A stretch of DNA of 64,000 bases from Anaerolineales bacterium (lineage in GTDB: Bacteria; Chloroflexota; Anaerolineae; Anaerolineales; JABWBV01): positions 21,357 through 85,356 of the forward strand of contig DATKDL010000027.1 in NCBI GenBank assembly GCA_035512695.1, given 5' to 3'. The position numbers were made by a program, and so were the translations under genes. Positions 26,348-35,095 of the stretch are shown here, piece after piece (within the stretch, counting starts at the first letter, position 1; each line of letters starts with the position of its first letter). The notes beneath the pieces were generated by a model. That model made no database searches. It saw only the letters and a program-made list of their open reading frames with translations, and was not told the origin of the DNA.

Positions 26348-27484
26348 GTGACCCTCCCCGAACCGGAACTGATCACCGACCCCGATCAGCTTGAAGACCT
26401 TGCCGACCTGCTCCGGAATGCACCCCGGATCGCCGTCGATACGGAATCCAACAGCCTGCATGCCTACCGGGAGCAGGTCTGCCTGCTCCAGTTTTCCGTG
26501 CCGGAGGGGGATTTCCTGGTCGATCCGCTCGTCCTGCCGGACATTGACGCGCTCGGACCGGTGTTCGCCTCGAGCCAGATCGAAAAGATTTTCCACGCTG
26601 CCGAGTATGACCTGATCTGCCTGCAGCGTGATTTCGGGTTCCGGTTTGCCAACCTGTTTGACACCCAGATCGCGGTCCGTATCCTGGGATGGAAGCGGGT
26701 AGGGCTCGGCAACATCCTGGAGGAGAAATTTGGGCTGAAACCGAATAAGCGCTACCAACGCGCCGATTGGAAGCGTCGCCCCCTCCCGGAGGATATGATG
26801 CAGTACGCGCAACTGGACACCCATTTCCTGATCGAGCTGCGCGACCAGCTCGAACCGCTGCTGACCGAACGCGGTCTGATCGAGCTGGCCCGGGAGGACT
26901 TCAAACGCGCCTGCGAGGTCACCGAGGTCCACGAGACCGGCAAAAACGGGATGTGCTGGCGGGTCAACGGATCGCACGAGCTGACCCCGCAGCAGATGGC
27001 CGTGCTCCAGGAACTGTGCAGGTACCGCGATGGGGTCGCCCGCCGGTTGGACCGGCCGCTGTTCAAAGTGATCCCCGACCGCGTGCTGGTGGAACTCGCC
27101 CGGCACTGCCCATTTGATATAAACGAGCTCGGCGAAATCGATGGGGTTCATAGTTGGCTGCTGCGCAACCACGGCCGCGATCTGCTGGCAGCCGTCGGTC
27201 GTGGTCTCAAATCGGATCCGCTCGAGCCGCCTCGGACCGTCCGTCCAGCCTCCTCATATCTGGCCCGGATGGATACGATGCACGCCTGGCGCAAGGAAAC
27301 CGCCCGGAAAATGGGGGTGGAATCGGATGTCGTCCTGCCGCGGAATCTCCTGGAAGCCGTCGTGCGCGAGAATCCTCGGGATAAACAGTCGCTGGCCCCC
27401 CTGCTGGACGAGACCCCCTGGCGGATGGACCAGTTCGGCGGATCGATCCTGGCGGCGCTGAACGGGTCCGATTCGCAATCCTGA
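26348..27484 (+). CDS. rnd: Ribonuclease D (DEDD 3'-5' exonuclease plus HRDC domain)
   Basis: RIAVDTESNSLHAYREQVCLLQFS (ExoI), HAAEYDL, YAQLDTHFL and a C-terminal HRDC-like region. GTG 26348 is preferred because ATG 26252 would translate the AT-rich spacer and the repeat. The start remains uncertain. Confidence 0.8.
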   Translation: MTLPEPELITDPDQLEDLADLLRNAPRIAVDTESNSLHAYREQVCLLQFSVPEGDFLVDPLVLPDIDALGPVFASSQIEKIFHAAEYDLICLQRDFGFRFANLFDTQIAVRILGWKRVGLGNILEEKFGLKPNKRYQRADWKRRPLPEDMMQYAQLDTHFLIELRDQLEPLLTERGLIELAREDFKRACEVTEVHETGKNGMCWRVNGSHELTPQQMAVLQELCRYRDGVARRLDRPLFKVIPDRVLVELARHCPFDINELGEIDGVHSWLLRNHGRDLLAAVGRGLKSDPLEPPRTVRPASSYLARMDTMHAWRKETARKMGVESDVVLPRNLLEAVVRENPRDKQSLAPLLDETPWRMDQFGGSILAALNGSDSQS

Positions 27485-27497
27485 CAGGCATATTGGT

Positions 27498-28898
27498 TTG
27501 AAGCTCACCTTTCACGGCGCCGCCCGCACGGTCACCGGTTCCCAGCATCTTTTGGAAGTCGACGGCTTCCGGCTGCTGCTGGAATGCGGACTGTTCCAGG
27601 GTCGTCGCAATGAGGCTTTCGAGATCAACCGCCGGTTCCGTTTCGATCCGGCCGGTATCGACGCCGTCCTCCTCTCCCACGCGCACATCGACCACAGCGG
27701 CAACCTGCCCCATCTATTCAAAAACGGTTTTGTCGGCCCGGTCTACGCCACGACGGCGACCCGCAGCCTGGCGGAAGTGATGCTGCTCGATTCGGGCAAG
27801 ATCCACGAGAGCGATGTCGTTTACCTCAACCGCCGGCGCGAGAAACGCGGCGAGCCCCCGATCGAACCTTTGTACACCGTCGAGGATGCCCGGATTGCCA
27901 ACAGTCATTTCGAAGGCATTGCATACGACCGGACCTTTGAACCCGTCCCCGGTGTGCGGGCGAAATTTGTCGACGCCGGGCACATCCTCGGCTCGGCCGC
28001 CGTCGTCCTGGATATTGAGACCGGCGGCCGGACGCGCCGGCTCTGGTTTTCCGGTGATATCGGCCGCTTCGACAAACCCCTGCTGCGCGACCCGGTCATG
28101 CCCGAGGGCGCCGATTTCTTGATCATGGAATGCACCTACGGCGACAAGCCGCACCGGGACCCGATCGCCTCGTACGAGGACCTGCTGGGAATCGTGCGCA
28201 GGACGATCGAGCGCGGCGGGAAGGTCATCATCCCGGCCTTCGCCGTCGGGCGCACCCAGGAGCTGGTCTACAGCCTGCACAAGATGATCGACAACGGCGA
28301 TCTGCCCTCCGTCCCGATCTTCGTCGACAGCCCGCTGGCGGTCAACGTCTCCGACGTCTTCCGCAAACACCGGGACTGCTATGATGAGGAGACCCTGACG
28401 TTTATCGAGACCGATCCGCACGGCGGCGCGCTGGGTTTTCACCTCATCAACTATGTCCGATCGGTGGAGGAGTCAAAAGCGCTCAACCACCGGGATGATT
28501 CGATGGTCATCATTTCCGCCTCCGGCATGGCCGAGACCGGCCGCATCCTGCACCACCTGAAAAACAACATCGAAGACCCGCGCAACACCGTCCTGATCGT
28601 GTCCTGGATGGCCCCTCACACCCTCGGCCGCCGGTTGGCGGAGCGGGAACAGACCGTCCGGATCTTCGGCGAGACCTACCAGCGCCGCTGCGAAGTCGCC
28701 ATCTTGAACGGCTTCTCGGCCCACGCCGGTCAGGATGCCCTGATCGACTATGCCCTGCATACCCGGTCATCCGTCCAAAAAATCTTCCTCGTCCACGGCG
28801 AACCCCGCGGCGCTGAACCCCTCATGGACCAATTGAAATCGCGCGGCCTGGATGAAATCTACTATCCGGAGCCTCATTCGATCTTCGATATGCTATAA
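27498..28898 (+). CDS. Beta-CASP family metallo-beta-lactamase-fold RNA-metabolising nuclease
   Basis: HAHIDHSG (HxHxDH). Layout is MBL, then beta-CASP, then a C-terminal RMMBL-like region (GFSAHAGQDAL...VHGE). TTG start. Confidence 0.8.
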   Translation: MKLTFHGAARTVTGSQHLLEVDGFRLLLECGLFQGRRNEAFEINRRFRFDPAGIDAVLLSHAHIDHSGNLPHLFKNGFVGPVYATTATRSLAEVMLLDSGKIHESDVVYLNRRREKRGEPPIEPLYTVEDARIANSHFEGIAYDRTFEPVPGVRAKFVDAGHILGSAAVVLDIETGGRTRRLWFSGDIGRFDKPLLRDPVMPEGADFLIMECTYGDKPHRDPIASYEDLLGIVRRTIERGGKVIIPAFAVGRTQELVYSLHKMIDNGDLPSVPIFVDSPLAVNVSDVFRKHRDCYDEETLTFIETDPHGGALGFHLINYVRSVEESKALNHRDDSMVIISASGMAETGRILHHLKNNIEDPRNTVLIVSWMAPHTLGRRLAEREQTVRIFGETYQRRCEVAILNGFSAHAGQDALIDYALHTRSSVQKIFLVHGEPRGAEPLMDQLKSRGLDEIYYPEPHSIFDML

Positions 28899-28916
28899 TC
28901 GCCAGTCGCACGTCCC

Positions 28917-29003
28917 GGAGAGGTGCCAGAGTGGTTGAATGGGGCGGTCTCGAAAACCGTTGTGGTCCTCGGACCACCGTGGGTTCGAATCCCACCCTCT
29001 CCG
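28917..29003 (+). tRNA. tRNA-Ser (anticodon CGA), no encoded CCA
   Basis: Acceptor GGAGAGG/CCTCTCC. Anticodon loop CTCGAAA. Long variable arm GTGGTCCTCGGACCAC. T-arm GGGTTCGAATCCC. Discriminator G is followed by CTG. Confidence 0.9.
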
Positions 29004-29076
29004 CTGATCCGGTAGAGACGCCAAAGCGTGGCGTCCCTGCCATTGGCTCGAAGACCCTGAATCCGGAGGATCATCC

Positions 29077-30477
29077 ATGAAATCGTCCCGTTCCATCCGC
29101 TTTTTGTCCACCATCCTGGTCCTGGCCGGCGGAATGCTGGCTTGCAACCTCTCGGCAGCAGAACCGACCGCTGTACCCACGCCCACCGAGGTCCCGCCTA
29201 TCCCGACGAATGCTCCGGCGCCAACGGCGACGGCTGAACCAACCACGCCCCCATTGGCGCCCACCCAGGGCGGCTCGGACGGCACTCCGCTGCTTGAGAT
29301 CCTGCAGGTCAACGGCTACCTGGACAGCTTCGATTCCTGGAACATCGTCGGTCTGGTCCAAAACAACTCCGACCGGATCGTCGACAGCATCGAGATCGAG
29401 ATTGAACTGTTCGATACGAGCGGGAATTCGATTTACGTCAACACGACCTTCGTCGATCTGTTCAACATCGCTCCGGGCGAAATCACCCCGTTCTCCTACA
29501 CGGTGTTTGAGGACCTTCCGGATGCCGACAATTTCGTCGCGACCGTGATCGGAAACAGCACGACGACGCTCGAACGAGCCAACCCTGAAGTCGTCGGCAC
29601 CAATATGGTCCACGACGACAACGGCGATACCCACATCACCGGTGAACTGGTCAACAACACCGACCAGCCGATCCAGATCAGCAGCCTGGCCGCAGCCACG
29701 TTCGATGCGACCGGACAGGTCCTGTCGGCGAACTCCTATTCGGTCTCGATCCGGTATCTCAACCCCGGCGACACCGGGCCGTTCCGGATCTCGATCACCG
29801 GGGCCGATTCAGGCACCGCGGCGATCGACTCGTTCGTCGTCTACACCGATGCCGAGTTCACCCAGACGCTCGGACCCTTCGGGCTGACGATTTCCAACGC
29901 CTATGATTACGTCGACACGTTTGACGGTCTGCATCTGGTCGGAGAGGTGACGAACGACGGGAGCCTGGCCCTCAACGTCAACCTGGTCGCCGCCATTTAC
30001 GCCGCCGACGGGACGGTGCTGGACGCCTCCGAAATCTCACTCCCGATCAACGTCCTGCCCCCCGGCGAAAGCCTCCCGTACGACTTCGACTTCTGGGGTC
30101 CGCTCAATAACACGGCCGGCTTGCTCGCCCAGGCGGACTCCTATGTGATCCAGGTCGACGCTTACTGGACCTGGGAGACCACCACCGAGCTGTTCACCCT
30201 GTCCAAGCAGAACGAGGTCAACGAGTTTGATGAATTCGGTGGTGAGTTCAACGGGCAGGTCGTAAACGACTCGGGCGGTCCGGTCGATTACATCACCATC
30301 GTCATTTTTCTCCGGGACCTGGCCACCGGCCAGGTGGTCGCCAGCGGATACGACTTCATCTTCGACGAGGTGCCCGACGGCGGCACGGCGGATTACACCG
30401 TGTTCATCGACGTGCCGGAGGGCTTCGACGTAAACTCCGCAGAATACTTCACGATCGTCACCGGCGAAAGACCCTGA
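29077..30477 (+). CDS. Lipoprotein with four tandem FxLYD-like beta-sandwich domains
   Basis: Lipobox LAGGMLAC and a P/T-rich linker. Four ~95-aa repeats each show G-x-V-x-N ... (IELFDTSG / AATFDATG / AAIYAADG / IFLRDLATG) ... PG(E/D)xxP(F/Y). Confidence 0.65.
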   Translation: MKSSRSIRFLSTILVLAGGMLACNLSAAEPTAVPTPTEVPPIPTNAPAPTATAEPTTPPLAPTQGGSDGTPLLEILQVNGYLDSFDSWNIVGLVQNNSDRIVDSIEIEIELFDTSGNSIYVNTTFVDLFNIAPGEITPFSYTVFEDLPDADNFVATVIGNSTTTLERANPEVVGTNMVHDDNGDTHITGELVNNTDQPIQISSLAAATFDATGQVLSANSYSVSIRYLNPGDTGPFRISITGADSGTAAIDSFVVYTDAEFTQTLGPFGLTISNAYDYVDTFDGLHLVGEVTNDGSLALNVNLVAAIYAADGTVLDASEISLPINVLPPGESLPYDFDFWGPLNNTAGLLAQADSYVIQVDAYWTWETTTELFTLSKQNEVNEFDEFGGEFNGQVVNDSGGPVDYITIVIFLRDLATGQVVASGYDFIFDEVPDGGTADYTVFIDVPEGFDVNSAEYFTIVTGERP

Positions 30478-30497
30478 CCGGTCCTCGGATCGGCCTG

Positions 30498-30538
30498 AAA
30501 CCAAAAGCGGTCGGACCATGTCCGACCGCTTTTGGTTT
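30498..30538. terminator. Perfect 19-bp palindrome between convergent genes
   Basis: AAACCAAAAGCGGTCGGAC-cat-GTCCGACCGCTTTTGGTTT. Confidence 0.7.
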
Positions 30539-30553
30539 TGAAAGATCGATCTC

Positions 30554-30796
30554 CTACTCGAGCACTTTCTCCGGGAGCATTTCTTCTAGAAGCGCTTCCA
30601 GCGCCATGGTGTGGCTGCAGCGCTGTCGGGTCTGGAAGAAATCGCAGGTGCAGTGCCAGGCTTCGTCCTGGAGGGTGACGGTATGATCGTTATTGTTTCC
30701 GTTGAAGCGAACCCGAAGCATTTCGAACTTGATCCGCTCCGGTTGTTCTGCGTACATTTTGGCTTTTTGGATTTTTCCGATCAAGCCAGTGTCCAT
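30554..30796 (-). CDS. Small SWIM zinc-finger protein (80 aa)
   Basis: SD AAGGAGAG, then ATG at 30796. CxC-x(n)-CxH motif in WHCTCDFFQTRQRCSHTMALE. The longer track ORF runs through a terminator and a promoter. Confidence 0.7.
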   Translation of the reverse strand: MDTGLIGKIQKAKMYAEQPERIKFEMLRVRFNGNNNDHTVTLQDEAWHCTCDFFQTRQRCSHTMALEALLEEMLPEKVLE

Positions 30797-30820
30797 ATTT
30801 TTCTCTCCTTGTCTTGGAAT

Positions 30821-30854
30821 CAAAAAAAGACACGCCGACTCGCGCGTGTCTTTT
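30821..30854 (-). terminator. Intrinsic terminator 25 nt upstream of the SWIM gene start
   Basis: Minus-sense AAAAGACACGC-gcgagtcg-GCGTGTCTTTTTTT, an 11-bp stem followed by a 7-U run. Confidence 0.7.
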
Positions 30855-30983
30855 CTAATTCCGGGGATGTGGTTTTTTTTGATCGCATTGCTTGGGAACT
30901 CCTGGAAATGGTTTCCTGAAACCCGCTGCAATTGTACCGCGATTAACCCTGCCGATTCAAATTGCTTCGCTTGCAAAACCGTT

Positions 30984-31304
30984 TCAAAGGATCGGGACAC
31001 GGGCGAGCGAGTCGCCGCGGCCGTTCGCCTGTCCGGAGACCAGCCGGATCTCCCCGTCGACCTCTTCAATGCGTATGGGATCGAATGTATTGAACGTCCC
31101 GGCGTAGTACTTGATCCGTTCGCCGGTCATGAACCGCTCACCGGCCCGGATCCGGGTGATCGCTGCTTCCCTGGGGATTTTTTTCCAATCCGACCAGGTC
31201 GGGCCGCGACGCTCGAACGCCCGCAGCCAATCGATCCTCCCGCCGGCATCCAGGTGGACCGCAACAACGACCGCATCCGTTTTCTTGCCGCCAAACAGGC
31301 CCAT
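30984..31304 (-). CDS. Small conserved-looking protein (DUF3892-like, tentative)
   Basis: SD GGAGGA, then ATG at 31304 (MGLFGGKK...). The longer track ORF overlaps tRNA-Pro and is rejected. The domain call comes from the overall pattern only. Confidence 0.5.
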   Translation of the reverse strand: MGLFGGKKTDAVVVAVHLDAGGRIDWLRAFERRGPTWSDWKKIPREAAITRIRAGERFMTGERIKYYAGTFNTFDPIRIEEVDGEIRLVSGQANGRGDSLARVPIL

Positions 31305-31360
31305 ATCATTTCCTCCAAAAACAGCGGCCCAAAGGGCCGCCAGCGGCCAGCGGACCGCCC

Positions 31361-31436
31361 TGGTCGGGGTGCGCGGATTCGAACCGCGGACCTCCGCGTC
31401 CCAAACGCGGCGCGCTGCCAGCTGCGCCACACCCCG
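31361..31436 (-). tRNA. tRNA-Pro (anticodon TGG), CCA encoded
   Basis: The reverse complement reads CGGGGTG-TG-GCGC-AGCTGGCA-GCGC-G-CCGCG-TTTGGGA-CGCGG-AGGTC-CGCGG-TTCGAAT-CCGCG-CACCCCG-A-CCA. Confidence 0.92.
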
Positions 31437-31460
31437 ATCGGACGCAGTATAACATGGTTC

Positions 31461-31517
31461 CACGCACCAGGCACCAGGCACCAGGCACCAGGTAGTTGGT
31501 GCCTGGTGCGTGGTGCG
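31461..31517. repeat. Hairpin whose arms are tandem 7-nt units (GCACCAG / CTGGTGC)
   Basis: CACGCACCAGGCACCAGGCACCAGGCACCAGG-tagt-TGGTGCCTGGTGCGTGGTGCG. It lies between tRNA-Pro (minus strand) and the TATAAT (31536-31541) of the enoyl-CoA hydratase gene. Confidence 0.8.
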
Positions 31518-31569
31518 TAGCGCCTGGAACTTGGTTATAATGCGGCGATTATTCCGGGAAGGAGCGAAC

Positions 31570-32325
31570 TTGAAAATCCAATACGAAAACATCACTGCTC
31601 ATATCTGCCGGATCGTGCTCAACCGGCCGGAGGTTTTGAACGCCTTCGATTTTGAGATGATCGACGAGTTCACGGCTGCGATCGAACGGGCACACGCCGA
31701 TCCTCTGCTGCGCGTTTTGGTCCTGACCGGCGCCGGCGACCGGGGCTTCTGCACCGGCGGCGATTTGAAAGCCTATTACGCCCACAACACCGAAGCCGAC
31801 GGCGGGCGCATATCGAGCACGATGAGCGCTGCCCTGAAACGCCTGGAGGCCCTGCCGTTCCCTACCATCGCCGCGATCAACGGGCATACCCGCGGGGGTG
31901 GGGCGGAGGTCGCCGTGGCCTGTGATCTGCGGATCATATCGGATGCGGCGACGATCGGGTTTACCCACATCAATGTCGCCGTCACGACGGCCTGGGGCGG
32001 CAGCCGCCGCCTGCTGCGGTCCATCGGCTACGCTGCCGCGATCGATCTCACCCTGAACAGCCGGGTGCTGACCGCTACGGAAGCACACGCCCTGCGACTG
32101 GTCCACCGCACGGCCCCGCCCCAGGTTTTGAAGGATTCGGCCCTGGCGTGGGCCCGGGAGCTCGCCGCCCGTCCTCCACAGACCGTCCGGGCGATCAAGC
32201 AGATTATGCTCGCCGGCTACGGAACGGATAACGACCCCGCCTCCGCCCTCGAAGCGGAGCTCTTCCCCAGGCTTTGGGCGCACCCCGACCACCAGGAATT
32301 GACGGCCGGTTTCCTCAACAAGTGA
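31570..32325 (+). CDS. Enoyl-CoA hydratase/isomerase (crotonase) family protein
   Basis: TTG 31570 is preceded by GGAAGGAG. NRPEVLNAFD, GAGDRGFCTGGDL and INGHTRGGGAEVAVACDLRI. ATG 31540 is an alternative start but overlaps the -10 box. Confidence 0.85.
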   Translation: MKIQYENITAHICRIVLNRPEVLNAFDFEMIDEFTAAIERAHADPLLRVLVLTGAGDRGFCTGGDLKAYYAHNTEADGGRISSTMSAALKRLEALPFPTIAAINGHTRGGGAEVAVACDLRIISDAATIGFTHINVAVTTAWGGSRRLLRSIGYAAAIDLTLNSRVLTATEAHALRLVHRTAPPQVLKDSALAWARELAARPPQTVRAIKQIMLAGYGTDNDPASALEAELFPRLWAHPDHQELTAGFLNK

Positions 32326-32381
32326 GAATTCGGTATTGACAAGAACAACCGAATAATCGAAAGTTAACCGGAGTCGCCGGC

Positions 32382-33125
32382 ATGGATCCCGTTCTCTACC
32401 ACACCCACCACTCACTCCGGTCAGATGACCTTTCGTTCTGGCGCGAACTCGCCCGCGCATCCGGCGGTCCCGTCCTCGAATTGGGTTGCGGAACCGGTCG
32501 CGTCCTGCTCCGGCTCGTTAAGGACGGCCTACAGGTCCATGGGATCGACAACGACCCCGATATGCTGACCTTTCTGAATCGCATGATCCCGCCGACGATG
32601 GGCTGGCAGATCGAGGTGAATGAGGCGGACATGCGGTCCTTCGAACTCGGGCGGCAGTTCCCGCTGATCATCCTGCCCTGCAATACGCTCAGCACCTTTG
32701 CGGGTGGCGATCGGAAGCGGATTTATACGCAGGCCTTGCGACACTTGGAGCCCGGCGGGAAGTTTGCCTTCAGCATCCCCAACCCGCTCATCCTCAAGGA
32801 TCTCCCGGACGAAGGGGCAGTGGAATTGGAGGACGAATTTTCCCACCCCGCCACCGGGAATCCGGTCGCCGTGTACAGCAGCTGGATCAAATCCCCGGAC
32901 CGAATCACCTTTTACTGGCGCTACGACCACCGCTACCCGGACGGCCGGGTCAAGACCTCTGAACTCGATACGACCCATATGCTCGATGCCCCGCAACGCT
33001 ATCTGGCCGAACTTCACGACTGCGGTTTCAAGGCGACCGCCGCCTATGGGGATTTCTTCAAAACCAATTTCACGCCGGACGCTGCTTATTTCATCATCAC
33101 TTCCATAAACGCATCCGGCGCATAA
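32382..33125 (+). CDS. Class I SAM-dependent methyltransferase
   Basis: VLELGCGTGRVLLRL (motif I), IDNDPDML, LIILPCNTL. Confidence 0.8.
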   Translation: MDPVLYHTHHSLRSDDLSFWRELARASGGPVLELGCGTGRVLLRLVKDGLQVHGIDNDPDMLTFLNRMIPPTMGWQIEVNEADMRSFELGRQFPLIILPCNTLSTFAGGDRKRIYTQALRHLEPGGKFAFSIPNPLILKDLPDEGAVELEDEFSHPATGNPVAVYSSWIKSPDRITFYWRYDHRYPDGRVKTSELDTTHMLDAPQRYLAELHDCGFKATAAYGDFFKTNFTPDAAYFIITSINASGA

Positions 33126-33136
33126 AGATTTAGAAT

Positions 33137-33175
33137 CTATCCGAAAATTCGCCCGGCCTCAAATTTTTCGGATAG
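33137..33175 (+). terminator. Hairpin after the methyltransferase gene
   Basis: CTATCCGAAAATT...AATTTTTCGGATAG, with one bulge. Confidence 0.5.
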
Positions 33176-33284
33176 GTTGTCAGAACCTATATTTTCTCCC
33201 GGTTGGTTTGGTGCTAGAATCGGGCTAAACTACCGTTATCCATAGCGGTTCTGCCGATATGGCGCAGCCCCGAGGAGTGAGAAG

Positions 33285-33941
33285 ATGAAAGATCAGATGC
33301 CGGACGAAACCGAGAAAGAAGAAAACGACGAATCGAGCGACCAAACCATGGAGACCGGGTCCGCATGGCCAAGTTCCGATCCCAAACCACCCGGCAGGGT
33401 CAACCTGTACGCCCGCAAGCTTGCAAGATCGTTGGTCATCGCCAGCATCCTATTTTTGGGCGGGATGGCGATTGCGTACTTTGCCTTCCAGCGGCCGCTG
33501 ACGTCCGGACTGAATGACCGGATCGAACAGTTGACGTCAGAAAAAGGCGACCTGGAAGCCCAGGTGACCGCGCTGGTGGAGCAAGTCGAAACCTTAGAAC
33601 CGTTCGAAGCTGAGAACCAGGCGCTGCAGTCGTCGCTTGCGCAGGAAGAACTGCACGTTCGGTTGCTCTCCGCGCTGAAGGACGTCCAGTCGGCGCAGCT
33701 TTCACTGGCGCTCGGGGAGGTCGATGCGGCTCGTCTCAGCCTGTCGCGCACCGAAGACCGGCTCGAGGAACTTGGCGAGCTGCTCCCGGCCGATCAGCAA
33801 GGTGTCGTGGATGGGATGGTCCAGCGTTTGGGCCTGGTGATCGACGGGATGGAGAGCGATGCATTTGCAGCGGCTTCCGACCTGGAAGTGCTGGCAAACA
33901 GCCTGCTGCAGCTCGAAAACACCCTGTTCACCAGCCCCTGA
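33285..33941 (+). CDS. Membrane-anchored coiled-coil protein (hypothetical)
   Basis: Extended -10 TGCTAGAAT at 33212-33220 and SD GAGGAG. Acidic N-terminus, one TM helix (LVIASILFLGGMAIAYFAF), then heptad-like coiled coil. Confidence 0.65.
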   Translation: MKDQMPDETEKEENDESSDQTMETGSAWPSSDPKPPGRVNLYARKLARSLVIASILFLGGMAIAYFAFQRPLTSGLNDRIEQLTSEKGDLEAQVTALVEQVETLEPFEAENQALQSSLAQEELHVRLLSALKDVQSAQLSLALGEVDAARLSLSRTEDRLEELGELLPADQQGVVDGMVQRLGLVIDGMESDAFAAASDLEVLANSLLQLENTLFTSP

Positions 33942-33956
33942 TACCGGACGGCCGGG

Positions 33957-34553
33957 CTAGTCTTCCCCCACGGGCTTCCCGATCAGCCCGATCAGCGCCC
34001 CCCCCGTGATGGCGCCGCTGATCGGGCCGGCTGCAACGAATCCAATCGTCATATCCAGGTAAGGGACGATCCAAAGCGCAGCCACCCACGCGACGGAATT
34101 GGCGACGACCCATAGCCAGACGGTTTTGCTTCCCGAATAAAGAACCACCGCCTGTGGGATGCCGACGGCCACCCCGATGACCAACCCGATCAGGAGAAAA
34201 CCTATGCTCGCGCCGGTTTGAAGACCGATCACGACAAACAGGCTGATCGCCCAACCGAGCATGCTTGCCAGCACCCACCAGCCGGCGCGCCGGCCCAGTG
34301 GGCCCTGGCGGATCGGTCGGAGAAGGAACCACTGATTCATCCCGAAGTTAATCCCGACGATCAATCCCCCGACCGACCAGATCAAGGCGCGCGTTCCAAC
34401 GCCCAAAACCGGGGAGACGAATTCGACCAGCAGCCAGGCCAGGGACATGCCGACGATCCATCCGACAGAACTGGCGAGCACCCACAGGAGCCAGAAAGCG
34501 ACACCCAGGTTGTTGGCGGTTTCATCGATATCGGGAATTCTTAGCTTGCGCAT
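33957..34553 (-). CDS. Polytopic membrane protein with an internal W/G-rich helix repeat (hypothetical)
   Basis: 198 aa with ~6 TM helices and a recurring W-x-L-x(3-4)-GW-x(2)-G pattern. Confidence 0.6.
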   Translation of the reverse strand: MRKLRIPDIDETANNLGVAFWLLWVLASSVGWIVGMSLAWLLVEFVSPVLGVGTRALIWSVGGLIVGINFGMNQWFLLRPIRQGPLGRRAGWWVLASMLGWAISLFVVIGLQTGASIGFLLIGLVIGVAVGIPQAVVLYSGSKTVWLWVVANSVAWVAALWIVPYLDMTIGFVAAGPISGAITGGALIGLIGKPVGED

Positions 34554-34615
34554 CTGGAAATCAGCCTCAGTATAGCAGGAAACCGGTTCGGAAGGAATCG
34601 CGTTAGAATATAGAC

Positions 34616-35086
34616 GTGAACGACGAACGCTTCGATGACCTGGTGCCCATGCGCAACCCGGCGTCCCGCGAAAAACACCGGCGCGATGTCGGTCTGCAGA
34701 TCATCACACCGCTGATCCTCGTCGCCGCCGTCGTGCTGCTCGCAGGGGGATATCTGGCCGCAACCGGCTGGACGGGATCGTCCACCGGTTTTTGGCGCGA
34801 CCTGGCCATGATCTGGCTGGTGATACTCGGCATGATCCTGGGCCTGGTCCCACTGGCTCTTTTAGCCGGCCTGGTTGTCGGAATCACCCGGCTGATCCGG
34901 GTGCTGCCGGTCTGGACGTTCAAATTGCAGCGCTTTTTTGAGCGGGCGGCTGATGTGACCGCCACGGCCTCGCGGGCGATCACCGGCCCGCTGATCCGGC
35001 TGGGCGCGGTGACAGCCGGTCTGAGGCAGTTGGCCCGTCGCGGCCGGCCGCGTAGAAAAACGGACCGACCCCGACATTTACCTTAG
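34616..35086 (+). CDS. Membrane protein (hypothetical)
   Basis: GTG start, 3 predicted TM helices and a basic C-terminal tail. Confidence 0.55.
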   Translation: MNDERFDDLVPMRNPASREKHRRDVGLQIITPLILVAAVVLLAGGYLAATGWTGSSTGFWRDLAMIWLVILGMILGLVPLALLAGLVVGITRLIRVLPVWTFKLQRFFERAADVTATASRAITGPLIRLGAVTAGLRQLARRGRPRRKTDRPRHLP

Positions 35087-35095
35087 GAGAAAAGG

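Noticed and set aside
28917-31436. tRNA genes as integration hot spots flanking a mobile island
   Set aside because: There is no integrase, no direct repeat of a tRNA 3' end and no clear compositional break between the two tRNAs. The genes in between are ordinary small or lipoprotein genes.
30984-31595. 203-aa minus-strand ORF
   Set aside because: Its first 97 codons run through tRNA-Pro and the heptamer hairpin. Only the part from ATG 31304, which has its own SD, is retained.
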